Shown: positions 1 through 9,322 of the stretch, in pieces
Layout: the number at the start of each line of letters is the position of its first letter
Position numbering within the stretch: the first letter of the stretch is position 1
Source: a bacterium
GTDB lineage: Bacteria > Electryoneota > Electryoneia > Electryoneales > Electryoneaceae
DNA: 64,000 bases
Assembly (NCBI GenBank): GCA_963669175.1
Contig: OY769902.1
Span: 1,696,001-1,760,000, forward strand
Reading direction: 5' to 3'
Notes under the pieces: generated by a model
Seen by the model: only the letters and a program-made list of their open reading frames with translations
What the model was told of the DNA's origin: nothing
The model's database searches: none
Position numbers and translations under genes: made by a program

Positions 1-1356
1 ACGCCAGTTGGCCTTGGGGATGTATTCGTTCCAATTCTCCCACAACACCCAGTCATTGGTGCGCCACTTGACGTCGCCGGTCATCGGGTCCATCAGGATA
101 AAGCCTTCACCGCCCGGCTCTTTCCACTGGACCTTGATCCCGGTTTCATCCTGGATTTTGCGTCCCATCAGACCATAGGTGTAAATAAGAACGCCGTAAG
201 GACAATCCCAGTACACTTCAGTAACATCGTAACGGTTTTTCACTTCCAGGCCAACCAGCGGGATTTTGAAGTAGACACCGGGGGTGGTGTAGTAGGCAAG
301 GCGGGTGGTATACTTAATCTCGCCTGTCAAGAAGTCCATGCCGTAAGCCAGGACATGAGAACCACCCGGTCCCCAGTTCCAGGTTTCTTCACGCATCGGG
401 TTATGGTTCTTCACACCAATGACGACCAGAATGCCGTTATCATAGGCCATCACATCGCTGGGCCAGATCACAAATTCTTCACCCGTTTGCCAGACTTCTT
501 TACCTTCATCGAGGTCAAAAAGTCTCAGTGTTTTTTTCAGGCCAAGCAGGATATAATGCTTGCCTTTGTATTCCAGTGGATCGAGTTCTTCGCCCGGATC
601 GAGCTCTTCCTCGATATTCCACATGACAGCGCCGGTCTGTAAATTGAAAGCCATGGTCTGGTTTTTACCGAACAGGGCAATTCCGATTTTGCTGATGTTG
701 CCTGTGGGTGTGTTGTTTTTGTCTGAGAATTTGATGTCGTAGGCGCCAAGGATTTGTCCATTGGTGACATCAATAAGGATGGATTGTTTCTTTCCGATGG
801 CGAGGATTCTTCCGCCGATATCGTAATCCCAGTAATGGATCGTGGGCACACCTGCTTCGATGTACTTGTCCCACAGATCAGGCGCTTCAATTTCCCAGAT
901 TTTTTCGCCGGTGTTCGCATTGTACCCGGCCCAGACTTTCTTGAACTCAAGGACAAAGATTCCTTCAAAGTCTATCCGGTCATAATAATCCTTGATTTTG
1001 TATTCAAGCTCTTTTTGCCATTTCAACTCGCCCGTCATCAGGTCATAGGCAAACATCTTATCTTTTTTGGTTGTGTATGTATACAGGCCATCCTGCACTT
1101 CTTCATTGCCGTATACCGGTTCTTCGAGCTCTTTATCCCAGAGCTTTTTCCCACTGTCAGTTTCATACACCCATACATAATCCTCTGAGCGCACCAGGGT
1201 GAGTTTGTCATTCTCACCGATCAGGTACACGTGTTCGATTTTTTTGGATGCGACACTGAATACTACTTCTGGTTCAGGATCTCCGGCGACAGCAGATAAG
1301 CTGAACAGAAATCCGAGAAGCAGAGCCCCCAGTATGACAAATCGTACTCCTCGCAT
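1..1356 (-). CDS. Secreted PQQ-like/BamB-like beta-propeller repeat protein (3' end lies outside the window)
   Basis: Not in the ORF track because there is no stop in the window. Manual translation: ATG at 1356 with RBS AGGGAGGGAG, signal peptide MRGVRFVILGALLLGFLFSLSAVA, open to base 1. Repeated propeller-blade motifs: 'AYDLMTGELKWQ', 'YNANTGEKIWE', 'FNLQTGAVMWN', 'FDLDEGKEVWQ', 'MDPMTGDVKWR'. Confidence 0.8.
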   Translation of the reverse strand, partial: MRGVRFVILGALLLGFLFSLSAVAGDPEPEVVFSVASKKIEHVYLIGENDKLTLVRSEDYVWVYETDSGKKLWDKELEEPVYGNEEVQDGLYTYTTKKDKMFAYDLMTGELKWQKELEYKIKDYYDRIDFEGIFVLEFKKVWAGYNANTGEKIWEIEAPDLWDKYIEAGVPTIHYWDYDIGGRILAIGKKQSILIDVTNGQILGAYDIKFSDKNNTPTGNISKIGIALFGKNQTMAFNLQTGAVMWNIEEELDPGEELDPLEYKGKHYILLGLKKTLRLFDLDEGKEVWQTGEEFVIWPSDVMAYDNGILVVIGVKNHNPMREETWNWGPGGSHVLAYGMDFLTGEIKYTTRLAYYTTPGVYFKIPLVGLEVKNRYDVTEVYWDCPYGVLIYTYGLMGRKIQDETGIKVQWKEPGGEGFILMDPMTGDVKWRTNDWVLWENWNEYIPKANWR

Positions 1357-1723
1357 AGTACTCCCTCCCTCGTTAAAACGGTTGTAAAAGAACAAAGAAT
1401 AAACGCCTGGTCGAGTGTAGCTGAAAAGTTCTGCCATGAAAGCGAAAAAGGCAAGAGAAGGGATAGTAAAAATAGAAATCGCTGTTGCTTATGTTATCGC
1501 ATGAGAGACTGCGAATTGTGATGCTAATCACAAAAATGAGTAATAAATCCAGCCCCCAAACGGGATTTCGAACATATCACTATTCCCGTTCGTTGTACAA
1601 ATCTTTCGTTCAAGCTGGCGTAATACTATTATCTACTGTATTTTACAAAAATACTACCACACCCGATCCGGTCCTGATGCCTTCCCGGTTGGTCATCCAG
1701 GCTGGATTCTCAGGAGGTTTGGC

Positions 1724-4700
1724 ATGCATCGGTACCGGCTCACGCTGCTGCTTACAGGAATCGTATGCGCTTTTGCCGCGTTCGGTTCAGACTCTACCCG
1801 CGATTTCAGCCTGGAGGAACCGGGGCGACTTGAAAAAGTGCGTATTGCCGCCAACCAGTGGGACGTCATTTTTCACTGGTCACCAGAAGAAATCGTCCTC
1901 TGGAAAACTGCCATTGAAGCCAATACAAGTCTTGATGAGTCAGCAGAAATTTCTTTGCCCGGCCGCCAGATCCTGATCCCGTTCTGTTCGGAGATTGACT
2001 ATTCCATTATAGCACAACGTGTTTCGAATACACCTGTACCTCATGCTGTAGCCGCCCTGATCGAACAGGAACAGGCTGGGGCCATGGTCGAGGCGGGTGA
2101 TCCGGTTGTCTTCCGTGATATTCATGCTGTTCCCCTCCAGGTACGTCCCTACCAAAGGCAGGGAAATTCCTGGTTCCCGGTGGAAGAAATCAGGATCGCA
2201 GTGCGTCGAAACAACCATATACAGGTCAATGGAACTGTATCCCCGGCATTTCTTCCCTTGTACCGTTCTTTCCTGGATGAAGATGAACTGGATGAGCTGG
2301 GCGTGGCGACAGAATCCGGCGGATACATCATTGTCGGCGGAGCAGCATACCTTGAGCAGATGCAGGGGTGGCTGGACTGGAAGCGACAATGCGGTTTTCC
2401 TCTCCATATCATCGAAACGGGCGCATCACCAACCTTCAGCTCTTTAAGAAGCCAGATTGAAACACTTTACCATGATACCGAACCTCGCCCGGAATACCTG
2501 TTGCTTGTCGGTGACCCGCACCTGGGGCCTTCAACCATCCCCGGCGATTATGTTGAAACACTGTATTACGGTGATATCATTACCGATCATCATTATGTAA
2601 CCATTGACGGGAATGATGAATTTCCGGAAATGCTTGTGGGTCGCTGGTCTGTTGTCAACCTGTCTCAATTGCTGGTTTTGTCCGGCAAATCCATGGATTA
2701 TGAGAAGGGTGTCTATTTGCATGATGATCCCACCTGGACGGAAAAGGGTGTGGTCATTTGCGACAATAATTACAATTCGGTTGGCTATACCACGACCTGG
2801 CTGCGTCAACAAATGCTTGAAAATGGCTATACGCAGGTTGATTCTTTCTGGGCGCCGCCCACTTCCGCTGCGGCCCCAATCATTAACTCAATAAACCAGG
2901 GACGAGGCTGGGTCTCCTATCGTGGCTTCGGATCCACAACCGGATGGACCGAGCCGAATTTTCATGTTGAAGATTTGTCCGGATTGACCAATGATGGCAT
3001 GACCCCGTTTGTCACGGGCATCGTGTGTGGTTGCGGACGTTTTGATGATGACACCGATCCCTGTCTTGGGGAAGCCATGACCAGGATGGGCACGGTTTCT
3101 ACTCCGACGGGTGCGGTTGGCTTCATCGGACCAACGGAAATAGACACCCACACCCGTTGGAATAACTGCAATGTCAGGGGAATTTTCACCGGTGTGCTTT
3201 GGGAAGGCGTTCAGACAATGGGCGCGGCCATGCTGCGCGGAAAAATGAACATCTGGAATAACTTTCCGGGAAGCCGTGATCCAGGCTATTCGACCAATTC
3301 GGCGCGTTTCTATTTTGATTGTTACAACCTTCTCGGTGATCCAGGGGTGATGATCAGAACCGGGTGCGCCATTTCCCTCCAGCTTACCCTGCCGGATACG
3401 CTTGGAATAAATACGCAGACACTCGCAACAAGAGTGACCCTGCCGAATCAACAGCCTGTTGAAAACGCACGGGTGACTGTATTTGGTGAAAACGGAACAA
3501 GCAGTTCAATGCTTTCTGCTGCAGATGGGTTTGCCTGGTTTGATGTGTCCGATTGGACATCCGTAGCCTCACAACTGAAGGTGACTGCCGTTATCCGGAA
3601 TGGTATCGCGGTTGAAGACAGTGTGATGATTGATGTTCCCGAGCTTGCCATTTCCCTGGATGATCTGACTTCCGAAAGCCCGGTTTATGCTGGCGAGATG
3701 GTTACCATGACAGCCTATCTAAGTTCGGTGGGTTCTGCTTCAGGAATTGCCTCTGCTGTGTTGCAGGTCATGGACCCATCTATCGAAATCACAGGAAACG
3801 ATCAATGGCAGTTCGATCTCGATGACCCAGTTGATCCACTGGAATTTACCATCTCGATACCCTCTACCATGCTTGATGGTTATGATCCGGGATTGACGCT
3901 GCTGGTGCTCGCTGGCGGTGAAATGGTGCAGGTCAGGTTGCCCGTCGTCATCCAGGCCCCATGTGTGGAAACGTATGATGACAGCCTGATAGTTGGGCGA
4001 CCGGGTGACGCCGTAGCGCTACCGTTGATCTATTATAATAATGGTCACAGGACAGTAGACGGAACTTTTGAATTCACCATTGAGTCGCCAGGGGTAAATC
4101 TGCTCAGCAGTGAAGTACAACTCCCCCAGATGCTCGCGCCGGGTGACAGTATTGTATTTTCCGATCAACTTATTGTCTCAGTGGACCCAGCATCGTATCC
4201 CGGTGACAGGTACACTCTTGCTTGGGAGTTTACCGGCCAGCCGGAATATGAAGTTTCCGGAGAAATCAAGATTATAACGGGCGCTCAACAGTTGAATGAC
4301 CCTTATGGTCCGGATAGCTACGGATATCGCGCTTTTGATAATACGGACACATGTTATTGGCATGCGCCCCTGTTTGACTGGTTTGAAATCAACCCCTATG
4401 AGGGAGGTTGTGGAGTGTCCCTTGCTTTACAGGATTTCGGTCGGGAACAGGATGCTTCCACTTTGAGACAATTACCATTCGACTTCACGTATTACGGTGA
4501 AACGTATAACCAGGTCACAATTTGCAGCAATGGCTGGCTGGTCATGGGAGAAACGGACCAGGTTTACTATCTGAACTGGCCGTTGGATGAAGGGATGACG
4601 CCACCGAATATGATAGCGCCGTTATGGGATGATCTAAACAGAACTTCCGGTGATATTTGCGTAGCCTACGATGAAGAAGGGGATCGCTATATCATTGAGT

Positions 4701-6460
4701 GGTCAGGGTTGAACCAGGAGGGGGCAAGTGGTCAGGACCACCTGGTATCGCTGCAGGCAGTGCTTTACAACCCGCAGTCCTACCCGACGTCGTCAGGAGA
4801 TGGAATCATCGATTTTTACTACCTGGCGGTTCAGGACGGGATCATGGATGAGAACGGTGCGACCGTAGGAATCAGAAACCGTGCTGGCGATGCCTGTCTC
4901 CAGTTGCGTTACTACAACGACGGACCAGATGCTGTGCTGCCGTTTGGACCGGGAACAGCATACCGTTTCGCTACAGGGGCAACTCCTGACGGTTTCGCGG
5001 TACGGATGCTGGACTACCGGATCTTTGATGATGGAAGCTATGGCAGCGGTGGAGATGGTGATGGTAATGCCGACAATGGCGATACCCTGGCTGTCAGAAT
5101 GCGTGTGAAGAATTATGGCGCAGTTGCCTCCGGCGAACTTGAGCTGACCGCTTCAACCAGCGGGGAGCATGTCTTGTTGCTGGATAGCCTTGTTTCCATT
5201 CCAGCTCTGGAGGCCGGTGAATCGGTTTACCTTGATCAAGTGGTTCGGTTCAAGGTTGATGATCACATTTCCGACGGCGACTGGGTTCGTGTCAGCATAC
5301 AGATTTCTGATGACGATTCTGTGTACACACGACAGGCTTTTTCGTTTGAAGCCTATGCGCCGTCCTTAAAGCTCGCTGAAACCTGCCTCTATGATGATCC
5401 TCCCGGCGGGAATGGAAATGGACGTGTCCAGGCCGGCGAAGATGTGCAGGTTGCCCTCAATATGCGTAATTCCGGACGCAATGATGCCGGTAGGGTGACC
5501 GCATCACTGGGTAGCCATAACGACTGGGCGCTGGTACACAGTGGAACAGCGACCATTGATGCGGTTCCCCAAGGCCAGTCACTCCCGTTTTCTCCCATGT
5601 TTGACATCGAGATAACCGATGCCGCCCCGATGCCAACACTGCTGCAGATGCCCTTAACGATTTCAATTGATGGGGAAGTGTCCGGCCACGAAGTTCTTGA
5701 GCTGGGAATTGATGACGGAATCTATTATGAACCGTTTGGCCATGATGCTGATATGCACTGGTATCTGGAAGGGGATTGGCATATCAGTTCCGTGCGTGCC
5801 ATCTCTGGGAACCGTAGTCTTCGCTGGGGAGATCAATCCGGAATGTGGTATACCGGTGGCGCCTATGAAGAAGCGGTTTCGGATACTTTCCGTGTCAATC
5901 CGGGAGATAGGATTGAATACTGGGCGAATTACGCAATCCAGGGCGGATTCGTCCTGCTCAAACTGATTCGTGTTGGTCAGGATACGATAGTAATATCCAA
6001 TATGAATGGCTTTTCGAACGGATGGGTAAATCGGGATCGATATCTTCAGGTCAACCGGGAGAATATGCTGGCCAAATTGCAACTACGTACAACCGTGTAT
6101 TATGAGGATGGAACCGGAACCGGGTTCCATATTGATGATATCCATATCTATAACCCTTCCGGCATCGAGGATGAGGAAAATCATGTAACCATCCCGGAAC
6201 AGTGGCAGGTTCTCGGGCCTTACCCGAACCCGTTTAACCCGGAAACCCGAATAACCCTGGCAATGCCGGTTGCAGATAATGTATCTGTGGATGTGTTTGA
6301 TGTGCTGGGCAGACATGTGACCAGGCTGGAACAGGGACGTCTGGCTGCGGGGTATCATGAACTGGTCTGGAAGCCGGATGTCGCGTCCGGTATTTATTTC
6401 ATGAAGGTGAACACAACGTCTGGATTTACGACTGTAAAGAAATTAACATTTATACGGTGA
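1724..6460 (+). CDS. Gingipain-like peptidase C25 family multidomain protein with T9SS C-terminal sorting domain
   Basis: 1578 aa with a signal peptide. C25-type motifs 'EYLLLVGD', 'DGNDEFPEMLVGRW', 'GAVGFIG', 'YNLLGDP'. Accessory 'GPDSYGYRAFD' and Ig-like repeats. C-terminal 'YPNPFNPETRI...SGIYF...KKLTFIR'. Confidence 0.88.
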   Translation: MHRYRLTLLLTGIVCAFAAFGSDSTRDFSLEEPGRLEKVRIAANQWDVIFHWSPEEIVLWKTAIEANTSLDESAEISLPGRQILIPFCSEIDYSIIAQRVSNTPVPHAVAALIEQEQAGAMVEAGDPVVFRDIHAVPLQVRPYQRQGNSWFPVEEIRIAVRRNNHIQVNGTVSPAFLPLYRSFLDEDELDELGVATESGGYIIVGGAAYLEQMQGWLDWKRQCGFPLHIIETGASPTFSSLRSQIETLYHDTEPRPEYLLLVGDPHLGPSTIPGDYVETLYYGDIITDHHYVTIDGNDEFPEMLVGRWSVVNLSQLLVLSGKSMDYEKGVYLHDDPTWTEKGVVICDNNYNSVGYTTTWLRQQMLENGYTQVDSFWAPPTSAAAPIINSINQGRGWVSYRGFGSTTGWTEPNFHVEDLSGLTNDGMTPFVTGIVCGCGRFDDDTDPCLGEAMTRMGTVSTPTGAVGFIGPTEIDTHTRWNNCNVRGIFTGVLWEGVQTMGAAMLRGKMNIWNNFPGSRDPGYSTNSARFYFDCYNLLGDPGVMIRTGCAISLQLTLPDTLGINTQTLATRVTLPNQQPVENARVTVFGENGTSSSMLSAADGFAWFDVSDWTSVASQLKVTAVIRNGIAVEDSVMIDVPELAISLDDLTSESPVYAGEMVTMTAYLSSVGSASGIASAVLQVMDPSIEITGNDQWQFDLDDPVDPLEFTISIPSTMLDGYDPGLTLLVLAGGEMVQVRLPVVIQAPCVETYDDSLIVGRPGDAVALPLIYYNNGHRTVDGTFEFTIESPGVNLLSSEVQLPQMLAPGDSIVFSDQLIVSVDPASYPGDRYTLAWEFTGQPEYEVSGEIKIITGAQQLNDPYGPDSYGYRAFDNTDTCYWHAPLFDWFEINPYEGGCGVSLALQDFGREQDASTLRQLPFDFTYYGETYNQVTICSNGWLVMGETDQVYYLNWPLDEGMTPPNMIAPLWDDLNRTSGDICVAYDEEGDRYIIEWSGLNQEGASGQDHLVSLQAVLYNPQSYPTSSGDGIIDFYYLAVQDGIMDENGATVGIRNRAGDACLQLRYYNDGPDAVLPFGPGTAYRFATGATPDGFAVRMLDYRIFDDGSYGSGGDGDGNADNGDTLAVRMRVKNYGAVASGELELTASTSGEHVLLLDSLVSIPALEAGESVYLDQVVRFKVDDHISDGDWVRVSIQISDDDSVYTRQAFSFEAYAPSLKLAETCLYDDPPGGNGNGRVQAGEDVQVALNMRNSGRNDAGRVTASLGSHNDWALVHSGTATIDAVPQGQSLPFSPMFDIEITDAAPMPTLLQMPLTISIDGEVSGHEVLELGIDDGIYYEPFGHDADMHWYLEGDWHISSVRAISGNRSLRWGDQSGMWYTGGAYEEAVSDTFRVNPGDRIEYWANYAIQGGFVLLKLIRVGQDTIVISNMNGFSNGWVNRDRYLQVNRENMLAKLQLRTTVYYEDGTGTGFHIDDIHIYNPSGIEDEENHVTIPEQWQVLGPYPNPFNPETRITLAMPVADNVSVDVFDVLGRHVTRLEQGRLAAGYHELVWKPDVASGIYFMKVNTTSGFTTVKKLTFIR

Positions 6461-6485
6461 GCACATTTCATGAGCTGAGGTTAGG

Positions 6486-7082
6486 ATGGAGATAGATCTT
6501 TGGCAGGCAATCCTTGGCGTGATCATAGGATTGGGGCTTTCGGCGGCATGCGGATTCAGGATTCTGTTACCGCCATTTCTCATGGGGTTGGCGGTAAAAG
6601 CGGGCATGCTGCATCTGTCGGACGGGTTCTTGTGGATGGGGAGCTGGCTGGCGATCATCGCTTTCGGTGTGGCAAGTTTGTTTGAAATTCTGGCCTACTT
6701 TATCCCGTGGGTCGATAACATGCTGGACACCATTTCCACACCGACAGCCATCATTGCCGGTGTTCTGGTTACTGCGGCGGCCGCGGGTGAGATGACGCCG
6801 TTACTCAAATGGAGTCTCGCGGTCATCGGTGGTGGATCGGCAGCCGGGCTGGTGCAGGGATCGACTGTCGCGGTACGGGCGATCTCTACCGGGACAACTG
6901 GAGGACTGGCGAATCCGCTTGTTTCTCTTGTCGAAGTGGGGCTGGCCGGAGTGATGTCGGTGGTTGCGATTGTAGCGCCGGTGTTGGGCGCTATTCTGCT
7001 GGTTGTCGTGATCGGATTCGCGATTAATCGTATCCTGGCGTGGCGCAGGAAAAAACGTGCGAAAGTAGTTGTGGTATCTTAG
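6486..7082 (+). CDS. DUF4126-family membrane protein
   Basis: Hydrophobic 198 aa with 'GLGLSAACGFR', 'EILAYFIPWVDNMLD' and 'TGGLANPLVS' motifs typical of this family. Confidence 0.8.
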   Translation: MEIDLWQAILGVIIGLGLSAACGFRILLPPFLMGLAVKAGMLHLSDGFLWMGSWLAIIAFGVASLFEILAYFIPWVDNMLDTISTPTAIIAGVLVTAAAAGEMTPLLKWSLAVIGGGSAAGLVQGSTVAVRAISTGTTGGLANPLVSLVEVGLAGVMSVVAIVAPVLGAILLVVVIGFAINRILAWRRKKRAKVVVVS

Positions 7083-7135
7083 ATATTCATGATTAGAGAG
7101 GGATCAAACTACCCGAAAGTGTCCGCAGGAAAATC

Positions 7136-7361
7136 GGGACTGCTACACTTTTCCGCCAAAGACATTACCAGAACACAAGATCAGAAAGAAACTGGTTGAC
7201 CAAAGAATACTGATCTTCAAATAAAAACGGCAGAAAAGGTAGCTGTCCCAGGATTTTCGGTAAATATTGCACTATAGCAGGCGAAAAATCCGGTACAGCT
7301 ACTTTTTCGGAAACTCTAGATTAAAATCCTGATTTGACAAAGATGAAAAGGTAGCAGTCCC
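7136..7361. repeat. Cluster of four GGGAC/GTCCC-type REP-like motifs (two inverted pairs)
   Basis: GGGACTGCTACACTTTTCC (7136), GAAAAGGTAGCTGTCCC (7233), GGTACAGCTACTTTTTC (7292), GAAAAGGTAGCAGTCCC (7345). Same family at 44286-44505 and 61791-61979. Confidence 0.7.
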
Positions 7362-7505
7362 ATTTTTCGCAGCCAACCTGTCATCCCGGATTGCCGGTTC
7401 AATGAGACGATCGACAGGCAACAATAATCCTTTCATCCATCATCATTTCTTTGTTGGCTATAGACACTTCTCCACAGACGAAACAGCGCGGCATCTTTCA
7501 GACAT

Positions 7506-7536
7506 AAAAATACCGGACCTCGAGGTCCGGTAAAAA
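7506..7536 (-). terminator. Intrinsic terminator of the small gene at 7557-7751
   Basis: Perfect palindrome TACCGGACCTCGAGGTCCGGTA (7511-7532) followed by a T run on the minus strand. Confidence 0.65.
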
Positions 7537-7556
7537 CTCTCCGTTGTTGAAGCCTT

Positions 7557-7751
7557 TTATTCTTCAACAGCCGGAATGCTTGCGTTGAGCGCGGCTCGTC
7601 CCTGGTCACTGATCTGTACCGTATCCGGTCCACTCATCAGCGAGCTTGACTGTCCCTGCGCATTGCCAGGCTCGACATTCTGGTAAAGCCCATCCGCCGT
7701 TGCCTTCTGCACATCCAACGCATTTCCCAGGCCAGCTATGGCACCGGTCAT
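7557..7751 (-). CDS. Small hypothetical protein (64 aa) with a 'DTVQIS' motif
   Basis: Strong RBS AAAGGAGG before the ATG at 7751 and its own terminator. Sequence MTGAIAGLGNALDVQKA...PDTVQISDQGRAALNASIPAVEE. Confidence 0.65.
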   Translation of the reverse strand: MTGAIAGLGNALDVQKATADGLYQNVEPGNAQGQSSSLMSGPDTVQISDQGRAALNASIPAVEE

Positions 7752-7850
7752 AAGCGCCTCCTTTCGTAGAGAACCCTTGCTGGACCACGTTGTGCGGTCC
7801 TTCCGCAACATGATCCAGGCAGCAGGTCCGCTAAAAGGCGCCTGTTATTA

Positions 7851-7889
7851 CTATCGCAAAAAACGGGCGCCCCTTGATGAGCGCCCGTA
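7851..7889 (-). terminator. Intrinsic terminator of the DUF4097 gene, overlapping a possible sigma-28-like promoter
   Basis: Minus strand reads ACGGGCGC-loop-GCGCCCGT followed by a T run. The same bases read TCAA-N15-TGCGATAG. Confidence 0.55.
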
Positions 7890-7916
7890 TGGATTTCCGT
7901 AGAACCAGAGCCGTGA

Positions 7917-9089
7917 TCAGATTTTCTTGACTTTGATTTTTCCTTGCGTGGTCACTTCCACATCTACACCACCGCCATTAACCGAGCCTGAACCATGGCT
8001 TTTATCCTTATTGATATCAATGGCAAATTCGGAACTGATTTTTCCTGAGCTACCCGTGCTGAGGTCAAAATCATACCCGCCATCACCTGGTAACGCCAGG
8101 GTAACACTGCCCATCCCCGAGCTTAGTTCAATGATGGGATTCTCAATGTCATCGAAACCGAGCAACTCCACATCCAGCGATCCCATCCCTGTGCTGGCGA
8201 CAAGGCTGCATATGCTTTCATCCACGTCAACTCTCCCGGCGCCAGTGCTGATGTCCAGTTTGCCGGTATGGGATTCGACATCAATTGCTCCTGCTCCGGT
8301 GGAAGCTTCAAAGACGCCCTTACATCCCCTGATATTGATATCTCCGCCGCCGGTGCTGACATCGACTTTTACTGTGGCAACGACTTCCTCAAGGTATAAC
8401 GCGCCGCCGCCGGTGCTGAGATCAATTCTGTCGCAGGCGCTGTGAGTCATCTCGCTGCCGCCACCCCCGGTTGATGCATCCACCAGGCTGCCGGTAACAT
8501 GCGACAGCTCGATTCCGCCGCCACCGGTCGAGAGATCCAGGTTGCCGTTGACATGATCGCCTTCGATGGACCCGCCACCCGTCGATGCTTCGATGTCGCC
8601 GGTGATGTTTTCAAAATTAATAGAACCTGCGCCTGTGGAAATGGAAAATTCACCGGTAAGACCGTCGAGTTCAACACCACCGGCCGCAGTAGACGCATGC
8701 ACACTTTGTTTCGCAGGCAAAAAGACCTCGAGATCGAAACTCCATTCACCCTTTGAATTCTGTGATTCACCACGCAACAGGTATCCAGCGTCATCCCGGG
8801 TGAGCTCAGGTATTTCTTTCTCCAGAAGCGCTTCTGCTTCGGCGAAATCCACATCATTTGCGTGGAAAGCGATCGTCAGCAATGGATCACCGGCTTCAAT
8901 GGTCATACTGCCAAGGAAGTGTTCAATCTTGAATAGCTGTCCAGCCTGTGGCTCGAACGTGTATTCGATAACCGCTTTCCAGTCGTCACCATCCTGTTCC
9001 CAGGAAATTTGTGGCTCAGGCGCCGCCAGCAATACAACAGGTAAAGAAAGTAATACCAGCAATACAAGCCAGTGTTTCGCCGTCTTCAT
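7917..9089 (-). CDS. DUF4097-family beta-strand repeat (adhesin-like) exported protein
   Basis: Signal peptide MKTAKHWLVLLVLLSLPVVLLA and many '(A/L/I)STGGG.I' repeats. Start moved to ATG 9089, which has a GGAGG RBS. Confidence 0.85.
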   Translation of the reverse strand: MKTAKHWLVLLVLLSLPVVLLAAPEPQISWEQDGDDWKAVIEYTFEPQAGQLFKIEHFLGSMTIEAGDPLLTIAFHANDVDFAEAEALLEKEIPELTRDDAGYLLRGESQNSKGEWSFDLEVFLPAKQSVHASTAAGGVELDGLTGEFSISTGAGSINFENITGDIEASTGGGSIEGDHVNGNLDLSTGGGGIELSHVTGSLVDASTGGGGSEMTHSACDRIDLSTGGGALYLEEVVATVKVDVSTGGGDINIRGCKGVFEASTGAGAIDVESHTGKLDISTGAGRVDVDESICSLVASTGMGSLDVELLGFDDIENPIIELSSGMGSVTLALPGDGGYDFDLSTGSSGKISSEFAIDINKDKSHGSGSVNGGGVDVEVTTQGKIKVKKI

Positions 9090-9128
9090 GGATTCCTCCA
9101 TCCCTGAATGAAAAGTGTCTTACTCCTG

Positions 9129-9156
9129 TGACAAGGATAAGGGCGAGTTAGTTACA
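9129..9156 (-). promoter_or_regulatory. Possible ECF-sigma promoter
   Basis: Minus strand TGTAAC-N17-TGTCA about 40 bp upstream of the DUF4097 start; resembles the AAC/GTC pattern of ECF promoters. Confidence 0.3.
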
Positions 9157-9322
9157 ACAAAGAGAGGCGCAGCTATCGACGGTACCGAAAGCAGAGTGGA
9201 AGCATGACAAGAAACTCAAAGATCACACCCATATGCCCTTTATGTCCTGTTACATAGGAGTGCATGAGTTTCATTTTGGGATCATTCTTTGTATGATATC
9301 ATTAGCCAACCAGGGAGCGTTA

